64,000 nucleotides of DNA from Candidatus Woesearchaeota archaeon (GTDB lineage Archaea; Nanobdellota; Nanobdellia; Pacearchaeales; GW2011-AR1). The translations under genes and the position numbers were made by a program. The DNA is taken from NCBI GenBank assembly GCA_964594115.1, contig CAZQLD010000005.1, positions 749-64,748 of the forward strand. Reading direction: 5' to 3'. Below are positions 63,900-64,000 of the stretch, in pieces. The notes below the pieces were generated by a model, which had not been told where the DNA came from, made no database searches, and saw only the letters and a list, made by a program, of their open reading frames with translations. Numbering within the stretch: the first letter of the stretch is position 1; each line of letters begins with the position of its first letter.

Positions 63900-64000
63900 T
63901 CTTGCCTCCCAGTGTATTTTCCTGAATCCTCAATTTCTTCTGATTGATTTGGCTCAAGTATAATATATCCAATCATGGTACCTTCCTTGCTTTTAGTAAC
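63896..64000 (-). CDS. C-terminal end of an upstream gene (runs off the right edge), translationally coupled to the 413-aa gene
   Basis: The frame is open from the window edge: ...VTKSKEGTMIGYIILEPNQSEEIEDSGKYTGRQE*. Its TGA overlaps the downstream ATG (ATGA). Confidence 0.4.
   Translation of the reverse strand, partial: VTKSKEGTMIGYIILEPNQSEEIEDSGKYTGRQE

Overview
By eye this is an AT-rich, densely packed archaeal chromosome segment with standard stop codons. TGA terminates several well-supported genes. Gene content suggests a small-genome, DPANN-like archaeon, but that placement is an inference.

The first ~29 kb is mostly information-processing core:
- ribosomal protein S2, enolase and RpoK;
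- the exosome/proteasome superoperon (Rrp42, Rrp41, Rrp4, SBDS, PsmA, Pop5);
- RNase J, Mre11-Rad50, PsmB and aCPSF1;
- a presenilin-type protease, signal peptidase I, a TrmB regulator and the CCA-adding enzyme;
- a GTPase / DUF2073-like / Zn-ribbon trio.

Several accessory genes interrupt this core:
- a nucleotidyltransferase between eno and rps2;
- a divergent proteasome-beta-like Ntn-hydrolase;
- a subtilisin-metallophosphoesterase fusion;
- a small AbrB/DUF2080-like + HNH cassette.

The remaining ~35 kb is dominated by cell-surface genes, almost all on the minus strand:
- two PKD-domain giants;
- an RtcB-archease pair flanked by a duplicated promoter plus N-terminal module;
- a type IV pilus-like locus (ATPase, split FlaJ/TadC-like platform, seven class-III-signal proteins);
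- an SRP-RNA-like GC-rich ncRNA and tRNA-Leu(UAA);
- a MoxR-DUF58-vWA operon;
- three cadherin-like adhesins with a small RHH gene;
- a cluster with a near-perfect tandem duplication of a 62-aa + 216-aa gene pair, bracketed by two paralogous anchored beta-sandwich proteins.

That last cluster (58.8-64 kb) is my best candidate for an undescribed surface-filament or adhesion system. No CRISPR array, rRNA or transposase was seen. All functional calls come from motif reading of the supplied translations; no database search was run.
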